64,000 bases of DNA from Takakia lepidozioides (Eukaryota > Plantae > Bryophyta). The DNA is taken from NCBI GenBank assembly GCA_030704615.1, contig CM060734.1:25854001-25918000 (forward strand), read 5' to 3'. The notes beneath the pieces were generated by a model. It ran no database searches and was not told the DNA's origin. It saw only the letters and a list, made by a program, of their open reading frames with translations. Positions within the stretch are counted from its first letter, which is position 1. Each line of letters starts with the position of its first letter. A program made the translations under genes and the position numbers. Shown one piece after another: positions 1 through 12,200 of the stretch.

Positions 1-904
1 GGATGGGGAAGAAAAGTCAATACTGTTTTGGGGTTTGGATCTGATTTCTAGAAGTGTTCCCTACATGTGAATGACTGATGTTCGAAGTTGAGGAGAAAAG
101 GAGAGCTGTCAGGGTGTGTGAATTGAGATCTGTAGAAGGGTTGTGAAGCACCTTGACCAAACAGGATACACTTGGGGAAAGGTAGTGCAAGGACCAGTCA
201 CTGGAAAGAGAGAGAGAAAAAGACTGACAGAGGGGCAGATTATCTCTCGTGTGACCAAGGTTGACTTCAATGATGGATGCACTGGATGCCTGGCTGGATG
301 TGCATTGCATTGCATCGTAGCCATGCTGTTGTGGAGAAAAGTGAGGAATCCACACATGAAAGAAAAAGAGTGTGAGAGAAAGAAAAAGTGAAGAAGGGAG
401 AAAGGGTTGATGAGGGATGGACAAATGGAGAGCCAAGGTCAAGAAGACATGAACCCTGAATGATCAAACTAGTGGGCCTGCAGTTCATGGCAGATCTGAG
501 CTGCCCATCCACCTAGACCGTGATCTCATTACAAAAGGGGGCTTCCGACGTGTTGCTGACCAAGGGAACTGCCCACAAGGGCAGGGTTTCATCACTGACA
601 TAGGGCTGATTGCATCACTAAATACATCGCACCAGCATAGCTGGTGCTGTACCTGCAGGTAGGGGATGTTGTGTAAAAGGTAGAACCAAGAGTGAACAAC
701 AAATTGACTCCCCATCCATGTCTTCTCTTCCGCTGCGGCGTGGATGAGGATTGCTTGAACTCTGATCACGAAGGACCTGAGGGAAACCCACAGCCAAGTG
801 ACGACAGTTGGACAGACTAGAAGAACGTTTCTTTCTTTTGCTCCGCTTAGAATGGAGGGGAGCACAATTAGAATTATACAGAAGGGGATTCACGCCCCTT
901 CTTT

Positions 905-916
905 TGGTATCAGAGC
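905..916 (+). promoter_or_regulatory. Primer-binding site (initiator tRNA-Met type) of G1
   Basis: TGGTATCAGAGC upstream of gag; preceded by a GAAGGGG/CCCCTTC hairpin (881-901). Confidence 0.85.
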
Positions 917-961
917 TGATGTTAAATCTTGATTTCTACTAGCTAGGGATCTTGACTGGTA

Positions 962-1285
962 TTGGATGGTTTGATGGCAGGAAGAGACCACACACTGATT
1001 CCTGATGAACCAAGCATTGGAGATGTGCTGATTTGCTTCAGCAGACGCACACCAAATGCACACGCAAACCCTTGTTTGTACTTCTTCAACCCTACTTGGA
1101 GAATAGCGAATGGTGATTTATGTCTTAGAGTGATACATACTGGTGGAAGAACAACCATAGCACTTTGGATAAGAGAGTTAGGAAGGTGGGTGAAGATAAA
1201 TACCATGGCACGAGAGGTGACATGGGGAGGTAGAGTAGAGATGTTGCGAAATGGACAGTGGGAGTGGTATAGAGGTCAACATTAA
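962..1285 (+). CDS. Small ORF of unknown function upstream of G1 gag
   Basis: 107-aa ORF between PBS and gag; no recognised motif. Confidence 0.3.
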   Translation: MDGLMAGRDHTLIPDEPSIGDVLICFSRRTPNAHANPCLYFFNPTWRIANGDLCLRVIHTGGRTTIALWIRELGRWVKINTMAREVTWGGRVEMLRNGQWEWYRGQH

Positions 1286-1356
1286 GGGAGTTGCGGGAAA
1301 ATTAGAGTCAAAATTAGGTGTTGAAACAGTTTGAACTTTGACTAGAGAATAGAAGG

Positions 1357-4300
1357 ATGACCAGTCCAACCAGCATAGATGCGCCTTATCATGGTAGGAA
1401 TAGTGAGGATGTAAATGACTGGCTGGAGAGAATTCAGATGGAGGCAGATGTCAGGGATTTGAATGAGGACAAAACTTTCAAGGTAGCAAGGCTCAACCTG
1501 AGAGCCAAGGCTGATGAATGGTACCGTAAACAAAACCCTAGACCAAACAACTAGGTGGACTTCAGGGCAGCAATTTCAGCCAAGTTTGGTATCGTTGACT
1601 TGGCAGAAATTAGGCTAAGAATGGATACCATTAAACAGGAGAGTAGACAAAGGGTTCAAACATACTTCGATAGGTTGAACCGGTTATTTATAAGAAGTGG
1701 GGCGTCTGATTTGGAACAGAGGCGTAGATTTGCAGCAGGTTTGAGACCAGAAATAGCAAGAGTAATGCTGGGCAGGCGCTTCCTTGATGTAGAGGAAGCA
1801 CTTGACACAACCATTGAGATTGAAAGGGGCCTGGGAAAGTTAGGGGAAATACCTCTAGAGCCATTGGAAGGAGATGATACAGATGAGTCAGTTGTGTTTG
1901 TTAACCCTGGACAGAAGACTTGATCAGCTGAACACTACCCTACAGAAGTACTTTGATAGGGGACCAGTCATAGGAGAAAGCTCGGGATCTAGAACACCAC
2001 CTCGTGTTCGCCTTTGTAATGTTTGTCACAAAGAAGGTCACATAGCTGCATATTGTCCTGAAGGAAGAACCCCAGCTAAGTGTGACAAATGTCACCGGTT
2101 CGGGCATTCCACGGAAATGTGTGGTGTGAGATGCAACTTTTGCAAGCTACTCGGGCATACGGAGAGTGAGTGCAGTAGAAAACTCGACCAAACTATGATG
2201 GGAACTCCGGGAACTAACTTTGTAGATGTGTTCTATGATGATGAGGATGATGTACTCGCAGAGATGACAGATCTGATGTCACGAAATAGTATCAATGAAG
2301 TCAGACTTCCAAGGACACGCATACCTGTCCAGAGTCCGATTGTTGAACCTACAGGGTCACCAGAAATGAATAGTGAGAGCAGTGAACAGCCAAGCAAGAC
2401 CAAGAGTGAAATCTACCCAAAGAACAATTTCAAAAATGCTATAGAAGGAGGTACAAAATCCAGAATCTTGAACCACTTCTACAAAGGGAGAATATCGTTG
2501 TCGCCCATGGACCTGATCATGACTGTGCCCGGAGAGCTAGACAAATTGAAAGGGCTGGTCAAAGTGGTGGAAAGAGCAATGGTCCAACAAAGGGAGACAA
2601 CTCATAGTGTAGAAGTTGTGAAGGATGTACTAAGGCCTTTGTACTCAGCACACGCTGAGCCCACGATCTCGTATGCTTATACTGGTAAGGTTAAAGCGCT
2701 TCATGTAATGATTACAATGGGAGATTACCAAGTATTAGGCCAGATTGACACTGGTGCCATGCTTTCTGTAATATCAGCTAGTTAGTCAGGGATCTTGGTT
2801 TGATGGGATCTGTCATTACTAGTAAGGATGTGAATTACAGAGTAGCCTCAGGTGCTCTTGAGACTGCAATGGGCAGACTTGAGGACATCAAGGTCAAAGT
2901 AGGAGAACTGACCAATCGTTTGTCCTTTATGGTGGTGAACACGGATACATATCACATGCTGCTGGGATTAGACTTTCTCAAAAAGTTCGGCGCTGTAGTG
3001 GACACCGAAGCTGAAACAATTCGCGTACGCTATGGGCCAGGAAAGGATTTTGCTCACTTCCCTTTGCACACCATCAATTATAATGAGCCTGCAGTTACCA
3101 AAACAGCCTACCATAGAGGGGTCGAGAGTAGAATGAGATATGCAAGCAGTACGTCAGCAGGTAATGTCTTAACCCTGACGTCACATGAACAGTACCTAGG
3201 CTTGTGGGAGAAGAAAAGAAAACCACAGGAAGAATATGAGGACACGGAGGAAGCATCCTCAAGTTCTGACACCTCTAAATCTGATAAAGATGAGGAGATG
3301 GGAGGCTCTGAGGAGAGTAAGGAGGTAGAAACAGCACTGAGGGATGTTGAGGAAATAATAGACGATGTCAACCTAGGGGAGGACTTGTTCGAGGACCAAG
3401 GGATGTCTGAACTCCTTCAGGAAGAGACCCATAAGAGCATGGCTGCTGCCATAATACAGGAAGCTTACCAGAAAGCTTGGAATGGTGAACTAGGGAACAA
3501 CAACCTAGAAATAGAGGATGACTTCCATGATTGGAATCAGGTTGTCACACAAGAGGATGGACGGAGAATGGCTAACTCTGTAAGCCAGGTGGAGGGAGAG
3601 AATTGGGAACCCAGTCAAGAGGAAGAAATGGAGAGTCGTTGGAGAAGTCTGAAATCCAGACTGCACATCAACCCAGAACTGGCCCCAGAACATAGGATAG
3701 AGCTGGAGCAAGAGCTGAAAGCAAACCAGGAATGCTTTGCTCTTAGCAAGGCTGACTTGGGATACTGCAGTGAGGTGGAACACACAATTGACACACAAGG
3801 TTTTCCCCCTTGCAGAAGTCGTCCCAGCCGCCTATCAGAATGGGAGGAAGACGAGGTCCAAGGACAAATTGAGACTTTGATCTCACAAGGCAAGATGAGA
3901 GAGAGTAGTTCAGAATGGTCGTGTCTAGTTACCCTTCCACCAAAAAAGGATGGATCCAAGCGGTTTTGTGGTGATTTTAGGCCAGTAAACCATTTAACCA
4001 GAAGGGACTCTTACCCTATGCCATTAATTCAGGATGTTTTAAACCAGTTGGGGAAAGCCAAGTGGTTTTTTCTGCACTGGATTTACAATCTGGTTTTTGG
4101 CAGATCAAAATGGACGACCGAGACATAGGCAAAACAGCAGTGATCACGAAGAAGGGATTGTATGAATGGCTAGTCATGCCATTCGGGCTAAAAAATGCCA
4201 CTGCTACCTTTCAGAGAACAATGAATAGGGTGCTCAAGGAAGAAATCAAAGATTGCGCTAAAGTTTTTGTAGATGACGTCAATATCCATTCGAAGGACTG

Positions 4301-5164
4301 GGGAGATCACGTGGGACATATAAAGAGAGTATTGAGCAAGGTTAGAAAGGCCAATCTTAGGCTCAATCCGGACAAGTGTTACTTTGCCAACTTACAGTTG
4401 GTATTCCTTGGGCATGTGATCTCTGAAGAGGGAACGTGGCCTGATCCAGATAAGATAGCTGCTATTGAAAGGTTTCCCTTGCCCAAAAACCACACTGCTC
4501 TCAAAAGCTACTTAGGCATGACAGGGTACTATAGGCCCTATGTCAAAGGATATGCTGGAGTGGCAGTACCCTTGTTCACTCTAACCAAGAAGGATGTGAA
4601 GTTTATCTGGAGTGCAGAGGCACAAAACGCCTTTTCTGCCTTACAGGTGAAGTTGGTAACTGCTCCCATCCTGGCAAGACCAGATTTCTCAAGACCGTTC
4701 GTCTTGGATGTTGACTGGTCCATCAAAGGAGTAGGGGCAGTCTTGTCACAAAAGGAGTATAAAAAGGAGAGGGTCATTGCATACGCCAGTAAGGTACTAT
4801 CTGATGCTCACGCAAATATCACCCTATGGAAGGTGAATGCTATGCCCTGGTGTGGGGAGTATTACACTTTCGGCAGTACCTGTATGGAACCCCTTTTGTA
4901 ATCAGGACTGATCACAAACCACTGGAGTGGTTGGCAACGGTAAGTGACGCATATGGACGCAGGGGTAGATGGATCATGATGTTACAAGATTTTGAGTTTA
5001 AAATTGTTCACAGAGCAGGTGCTAGTCATGCTAATGTAGATGCACTAAGCAGGTATCCAGTGGGACCAGCTGAGGAAACCGAGGAAATCGAGGTATACTC
5101 TACTTCTCTATACAGTCAGAAAAGAGAAGGGAGAAAGAGGATGGAGCCTATCTTCTTAAGCTAG
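1357..5164 (+). pseudogene. gag-pol: G1 gag-pol (Gag, 3x CCHC, aspartic protease, RT, RNase H), disrupted
   Basis: ORF pieces 1357-1554, 1555-1923, 1874-2785, 2800-4128, 4062-4901, 4826-5164. Motifs CNVCHKEGHIAAYC, IDTGA, FCGDFRPVN, MPFGLKNA, VFVDD, VLDVDWS, TDHKPL, HANVDALSR. TAG stops and frameshifts between pieces. Confidence 0.92.
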
Positions 5165-5190
5165 CTTGGGATAGGGGTGCCATCAATGCT

Positions 5191-6040
5191 TTGTTATGTC
5201 AATTTAAGGAGGGTAAGGAGGAGTTGAGAGAAGAAGCTCATAGGCAAGTAGGGTATAGCAGTGAAAAAGGGGAGATGATTTGCAAAAGAGAAGAGTACTA
5301 TGCATGTGTATGGGGCCTTTGGCACTTCAAGAAAATACTGTTGGGAAGTCATTTTTCTTTGGAAACAGATCTAGATCCATATTGGTGGCTGTACTCAGAG
5401 CACCACATAGGCATAGACTTACTTGGTGACTTTTCATTTGAGTTCGTTCCGGGCATAGTAAGATCTTCCACAGGTGGAATGTTGACCAAGGATCATGGCA
5501 TATTGAAGGGAGAACTGAAACCAGGCATGATGCCAGATGGAGAAGGAAAGAGGGTGACTTTTGCTGCACAGACTTTTGCTACAAAAAAACAAGGAAAGGG
5601 TATTGATCAATCAAGCTCTGTCAATCTGGTAAGGGAGGGTATTTGGAAGGATAAGGGTGCAGGAAGGATAGAGGCTACTGCAATCAGCAACAAGGAAAGG
5701 GAGCATCTGATGCCCTCTTGTCCCACCATCCATGTGATTACCCGAGGATCTCGTGCTCGTGATAAGGAGCTAAGCGAGGTACATCCAGCCTGTGAACTTG
5801 TGGAAGAGAGATCGAACAATGAAAAGGGAAGCTTGCAAGAGACACCATTACTTCAACACTTGACAAGCACTCCAACAACAAGAAGAACGCGGGTGACTTC
5901 CTCATCAGAATGCCCAGCCAAGGAAAACATGGGGGGTGAGTGTTCCACCAAGACGTTTTGTTCTTCAGACAGTGATGGAACAAGTGGTTCAGAACAAGAC
6001 ACTTCTTCTTGCAACAAGATTGATGAAGGGGACTGGGTAC
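5191..6040 (+). pseudogene. G1 pol continuation with a second degenerate RNase H-like segment and low-complexity linker
   Basis: EYYACVWGLWHFKKILLGSHFSLETD resembles upstream ECYALVWGVLHFRQYLYGTPFVIRTD; cut by the left end of element A. Confidence 0.55.
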
Positions 6041-6146
6041 GGGGGCTGCTATTTCATGAGCGGCATGAGCATGAGCGGAAAAAAAAAAAGCATGAGCAGA
6101 CCATTGTGAGTCCACGGAAATAGGGTTAGGAGGCACGGAAATAGGG
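6041..6146 (+). repeat. Element A left TIR with ATGAGC repeats and 2x CACGGAAATAGGG
   Basis: GCTATTTCATGAGCGGCATGAGCATGAGCGG is inverted relative to 19460-19537. Confidence 0.85.
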
Positions 6147-6261
6147 TCATGTGAAGTTGGAATGTGGCACCAGTGGACTTGAAATGCAACATTTTATTGC
6201 AAATTTTGTGGCAAGCCACGTCTATACAAGTGTGTTCTAACTGTCATAGCCGGAATGGGCA

Positions 6262-9200
6262 CTACTCTCCTACACCCTCCGAGGAACTTGCCCCACCTTC
6301 TTCCTCATCCCCCTCATCCCCCTCATCCTCCGAGCTCTGTGATGCATCAGTTCCACTATGCCTCTCAAAAATCCCGTCCTCTCCTTGGGGGACTGTCCAC
6401 CTCACCTCCTGGGAATCTTCTGCGTCTTCTCCCCCACTTTCCTCAGCAGAATCCAACACAAATCTACGAGCCCGACGGGCTCTAATAGCTGCTGCCTCCT
6501 CCCTCATCTTCATTTTCTTGAGGCTTGCCTCGTCTAAAATCTGCTGTACACGACTACGTTCGGAACACCTCCTAATGGACACCGAAGCAAGCCGGGCAGC
6601 ATAAGTAGGAAGGATGTACTCCCTTTCTGGACTAGGCATGAAATCCCCCCTGGCAAAAAAAGGCACGTTCCTCCTGCCCATGAACTCCGGTGTAGACGTC
6701 CCTCCGGCAGTACTTGGCATCCTACAGTAAGAACAAATCCACTTGAAGAATGTCAATACCAGCACAACCAGAAAGGGTTTTCAAACGAAATAAGAGAGCG
6801 GAGGGAGGTGCCTCACAAAATCTGGAGGCAACTTACAATGCCACCACTCACTCGTAAACCGGGGGCTCCTCGGCCTCGATCCCAACTTCCTCCCCCTGCT
6901 CCTTCTCGGATTTTTCCACATCCTCCGAGGATGCAGACGTTCAGCCGCTGCAAGTTCCGAGTTGTGGAGGGCAGTATCTGGCTCGAAGGCGAACACATGC
7001 CTGTCGGACAACGTCCCTGCCCACATTGAAGCACCTGAGGAACAAAGCGGGCGGTTAATAGCTTGCGGCATGCAATTGCAATGGGGCCAGGGGACAAACT
7101 GAGCACGTGAAGGCTTACCCGTGCCGCATGTGAGGTCCAGAATCCGCCCTTGGACATCCGAGCACGTCTCCATGAGGGTTTGGATGAAAGCAGGGCTCCG
7201 GGTCCGGCTGTACCGCCACGGTTTGCCTGTCTTTGTGTCCTTCGGCATACTAGAGTGGGGCACATAGTTGTAGAGGACATCGTAGGTTACAGGGTCCACA
7301 GCGGCATCAACAAGACAACCGTCGTTGCAGAATTTGAACGTAGACCCTCTCTTCACAAAGCAATATGCCTCAAACACCAATGTCTGCACATCCAACAAAG
7401 AAGGGATCAATTCCAGGGTCTACTTAACATACACCACAATATGAAGTGAATGCAATAGATTGATAACTTACACTTTGGCCCTCTGTTCGCAACCCCTGCG
7501 TACTGATGCAGAACCATTTTCTGAGGAGGACCGGGGTGACACTTTTCGGTGTCCACCTTGCCACCGCATTCTCTGTGGTCTTCCCTCTCGTGGCAAGGAC
7601 AACCACACATCCACCGTCATCCAGAAGCATCCCCGCCAGCCCAAACCCGGCTTTCCAGTAGTCCTCAGTAAACCTGTTCCAGGTGGGCACACCATCCAGG
7701 CCCTCCAGCAGCTCCCCATCTGGAATGTCGAGGAGAATCATGTCGCAAGCTCTCTCCACCTCAACCCCCCCCGAGTGCTCTTGCAATTCGTGCTCACAGC
7801 CGTGAAGAATTCCATCATGGCTTCAAAACCAGGGGTGTCTTTAGGCTCTGTACCGGCAGCCCTCTTCTTGGCTTTCCCCTTCTGCTCTGCCAGAGACTTG
7901 TTGTGTGCCACCTTCTTCGCCCTGGCAGCGAGAGCGTCAAGGAAGCTCTCATTGACGCATTGGATGATGGTTGGAGGTTCTAGCTTTGGCCTGTGCGTAA
8001 ACGTCACCGCCGAATACCGCCGTGTAGGCTCGCCCTCAAATGCCAACTTCTTGGCAGAGCCAGTCCCACTCCGAACTGACTTGGGAACCCGGACGACCGG
8101 TGACTGGGTAGGAGCAACAGCAGTCGCAGGACCTTGAACAAAATCGGCGTCGAAGTCACTCTCTTGGGTCCCCTCCTGCGCCTCCTCCGATGCCCCGATG
8201 GTTTTCTTCTTTTTGGGTGTTACTGCAGTCACCTGTTTCCTTGTCCTTTTCCTTTGACCTTTACTCTTCTCATGCAATTTCTCCTGAATTCCTGCCTGAG
8301 CAAGCTCTGCCGCTTTCCTGGAGTTCGCAAGCGCTTTTGCCTCTTTTGCACCCAACGGAGGCAGCGGAGCCCGGTTTCGTCGGAATTCAGCATCCAGCTT
8401 CAATTGAAACTCGGATGGGTCGAGCGAGCCGGGCGGAAGGTCCACATACCAAGGGCAATCACGCAAATGTTCCAGATGCCACTCCTTCACAATATCGTCA
8501 GTGTACATGGAGTCAGCCCCAGGGTTCCTCCATGCCAGGAAGAATGGTGGCTCGAAAGACAGATGACCTTTCTCCAAAAGGGAGAACTTGGAGTACCTGC
8601 ATTCATGAAAAACACAATGAGGTCCAAAAATGGCTAAGTCCCTGAACGGCAATAGGGCCTACAACTGGAATATGGCGCCGAATTTCCACTTCAGGGCCAC
8701 CCAGTCTAGGGACTTAGCCCGAAAATGGCTAAGTCCCTGAACGGCAATACGGCCTGGAACTGGAAAATGGCGCCGAATTTCCAGTTCAGAGCCAGCCAGT
8801 CTAGGGACTTAGCCCGAAAATGGCTAAGTCCCTGGACGGCAATAGGGCCTAGAACTGGAAAACGGCGCCGAATTTCCAGTTCCGGGCCAGCCACCCTAGG
8901 GACTTAGCCCGAAAATGGCTAAGTCCCTGGACGGCAATAGGGCCTAGAACTGGAAAACGGCGCCGAATTTCCAGTTCCGGGCCAGCCACACTAGGGACTT
9001 AGCCCGAAAATGGCTAAGTCCCTGGACGGCAATAGGGCCTAGAACTGGAAAACGGCGCCGAATTTCCAGTTCCTGGCCAGCCACCGTAGGGACTTAGACC
9101 GAAAATGGCTAAGTCCCTGGACGGCAATAGGGCCTGGAACTGGAATATGGCGCCGAATTTCCACTTCAGGGCCAGCCAGTCTAGGGACTTAGCCCGAAAA

Positions 9201-12200
9201 TGGCTAAGTCCTTGACGGCAATACGGCCTGGAACTGGAAAAGGGCGCCGAATTTCCAGTTCAGGGCCAGCCAGTCTAGGGACTTAGCCCGAAAATGGCTA
9301 AGTCCCTGGACGGCAATAGGGCCTAGAACTGGAAAACGGCGCCGAATTTCCAGTTGCGGGCCAGCCACACTAGGGACTTAGGCCGAAAATGGCTAAGTCC
9401 CTGAACGGCAATAGGGCCTAAAACTGGAATATGGCGCCGAATTTCCACTTCAGGGCCAGCCAGTCTAGGGACTTAGGCCGAAAATGGCTAAGTCCCTGAA
9501 CGGCAATAGGGCCTGGAACTGGAAAATGGCGCCGAATTTCCAGTTCCGGGCCAGCCAGTCTAGGGACTTAGCCATTTTCGGAGCCCTGACTGGAAATTCG
9601 GCGCCATTTTCCCTAACACCACTTGAGGCCTCTAACATCCTGAAATGCCAGGACTTGAAAGAAAGGCAGCGCGTATGTACCTGTACAGAAGGCGCATTGC
9701 TGCTTTGTCCGCGTTCGGCTGGTCGGTGAACTCGTGGCTCCGGCGAGCATCTGCTATCTCCCGAAAGAATAGGTTGGTTTTGTAGAGCAGAAAGTACCTC
9801 GTCACATAGTCACGTAGGCTCTCTGCTGCAGGAGATATCTCCATCTTGAACTGATGTGCTTGTGTGTCCAGCTGCTCTTGCGCATTCGTCGTCACCTGTG
9901 GAGATTGTCCATCAGATCGCTTTCCTCAAAAAATACAATGAATCCACCCCCTACTAGAGTAGAAGCCCCAAACGAAGCGTGGGGAAGTACCTGAAACCAC
10001 CATGTCATGCGGTTCATCCACATGTCGAATGTGGGGTCAGAGAGTTTGTCCGGTTTGGGGAAGCTCCACATGTCCCTGGTACTTTGGGAACCATTCCAGA
10101 TTTGGAGCCACCGGGTCTGTCCAACCACCCAGCATATTCGTAAGCGCCAAACACCACAAAAAGGAGTTGTTGCCACCACAATTTTGTTAAGAATGTATCA
10201 CCTTTTCTGTTGCATCCACACAGGATGTGGCTAGACGATGGAGCTTCTCCAATGTCATCGTGGGCTTCAGAGCGCGAGAGTAGTGCTTCCCCACCTCCAC
10301 CAGAAAGTCGGCACCAAGGGCGGGATCAGCTATGGCCACGTACTTTACCATCCGCGACTTGTACTTTATGCGGGCCCTCACCTCCGCAGCTTTGACATAC
10401 GATTCGAGTTCCGGGAGGGTTGGATTCTTCTCCTCTGACTCCATGTAGAACCTCCGCGCATGTGCCAAATCCTGCTGTATTTTCGTCTGTCAAGAATGCG
10501 CACATAAGATTAGAGATCCTGCTCAACACAATTTCTTCTATTGGGGGAGGAGAGACAGATTAGCTCAACAAAACTGTCAGGAGCTTTACCCGAAATATGT
10601 AGTCCACCATGGCGTCGACGCTCAGCCTATACCAGGTTCTGTCTGCCTTTGCCTCCGACTTGCGCAGGAGGTCGGCACTGAGGGAATTGGCAAACTCTTG
10701 CACCCCCTGCTTCCCGACATCCTTCACTCGGAAGAGCATATGGGACAAGTTGGTGGCAATGAAGGCATTCTCAGTCACCCTGCAGTGCCACATTTCCATC
10801 AAACAATACTGAAATGGGAATTTTCATCATATATGAGGATTCGCAATGAAATGACTTCCAAATTCAAAGTCCAAAAGCGAGAGGGGTTGTAGCTTACGAG
10901 TTGATGTCGGCCATTGCAGCTTTGAGAAGACTGCGATCTTTGGGCCCCGCAACCTTCAGCACAACACAATCGACGGCGAAATGCCAATCGAGATCGTTGG
11001 GGTGGGCTTGGGCAATGTGCTCCATCCATGCCAGGAGGCGATGATTGCCGTCCCACACGTAGAACATCTTACCGGACATGTGCTGGAAAAGAGGATCACT
11101 AGCAATCGATCTCTCGAACTCCTCATTTCGCGTTTGCCAATGGGGACCCCATTTGTCCACCTCATCGGAAGTGTGGGCACGGGAAGCTCCGTGGTCGTTC
11201 TCAATGGAAACGTAAAAGGCGGCAGACCCCATTCGATATCCATCCCGGAAAGAGAATTTCAGCTTGTCGATATCGCCTGGGAGGGCAGGTCTCACCACCT
11301 GCAATGACACCAAGCGGCAAAGGGGAATTCGAAGCTTGGCCGGGTACACCATGCCCCCCAGCACCCTGCCAATGTTGCTGTGGGTTGCCTCCAACATCTT
11401 GGCAGCGGCCAACTTCATATCCGCCTCAGACATGACGTCTGCTGCAGAGGGGTTTTCCGGCAGCCCACCAGGACCGCCAAATCCAGCCTGTATGCTCCGG
11501 GTTTGGGGCCTGGGGATGTCCGGGAGGATGTCATCCTGGTCAGAAACCTCCATGTCGTCCTCCTCAACAGGGTCAGCCACCTGCGAAACCACCTCCAGCA
11601 CTCTCGTCGTCTCTACTGCCCTCTCCCTGGCTTCACCTCGAACTTGCACAATCCGTGCTCTTTCAGGTGTTCTTTCCTCTCCTCCACTCTCCACCGTATG
11701 GGTAATTGCGGGGGCTGCTCTTGCCCGCGATGGTCTAACCGGTGTGCTACTGCCTCTCTGTGGTGTCTTGTAGGGATCCACCGTCTCTGTGGGTCCCTCG
11801 CTTACATTGGCATCTGTCATTTGGGCACCCCTGGCCTCTTCAGTCTTTCCTCCTGGCTAGCATTCTGTCTCGTCTGTTCTTTTGCCCTCTCTTTTGCCCT
11901 CTCACGGGCTTTCTGTTTCTTACTAGGGCTAGCAGCAGGGGAGCCCTCCAGGACGACCACCTTTGATTGAGGCGAACTGACACCCTCGCGCGCACTGCTC
12001 ACTCCCCCCTCCGCAGCCCGTGACTGCTCTCTCGCCGGGGATTGCATGTGCTTAGCTTTCTTCTTTTTCTTTGCGTGGGCGGGCCCTACTGCATGTGCAT
12101 GAACAACCTCCATTGCCGGATCTGCTGTCCTCATGTCCTCACGCCCTTCACCTGCCATGCCGCCTGCACCAACCTCCCCAATGCCTACTCTGTCGTAATC

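Larger units (their letters stand above)
1..6040 (+). mobile_element. Ty3/Gypsy LTR retrotransposon G1, degraded, truncated at 3' end by element A (no integrase or 3' LTR in window)
   Basis: tRNA-Met-type PBS at 905-916, then gag, three CCHC knuckles, protease (IDTGA), RT (FVDD) and RNase H in Gypsy order. 1-~900 is presumed 5' LTR; its boundary cannot be confirmed. Confidence 0.88.

Noticed and set aside
17-893. Short overlapping ORFs at the window start and the many antisense ORFs overlapping TE genes
   Set aside because: No motifs; they lie in presumed LTR or are shadows of real genes on the other strand.
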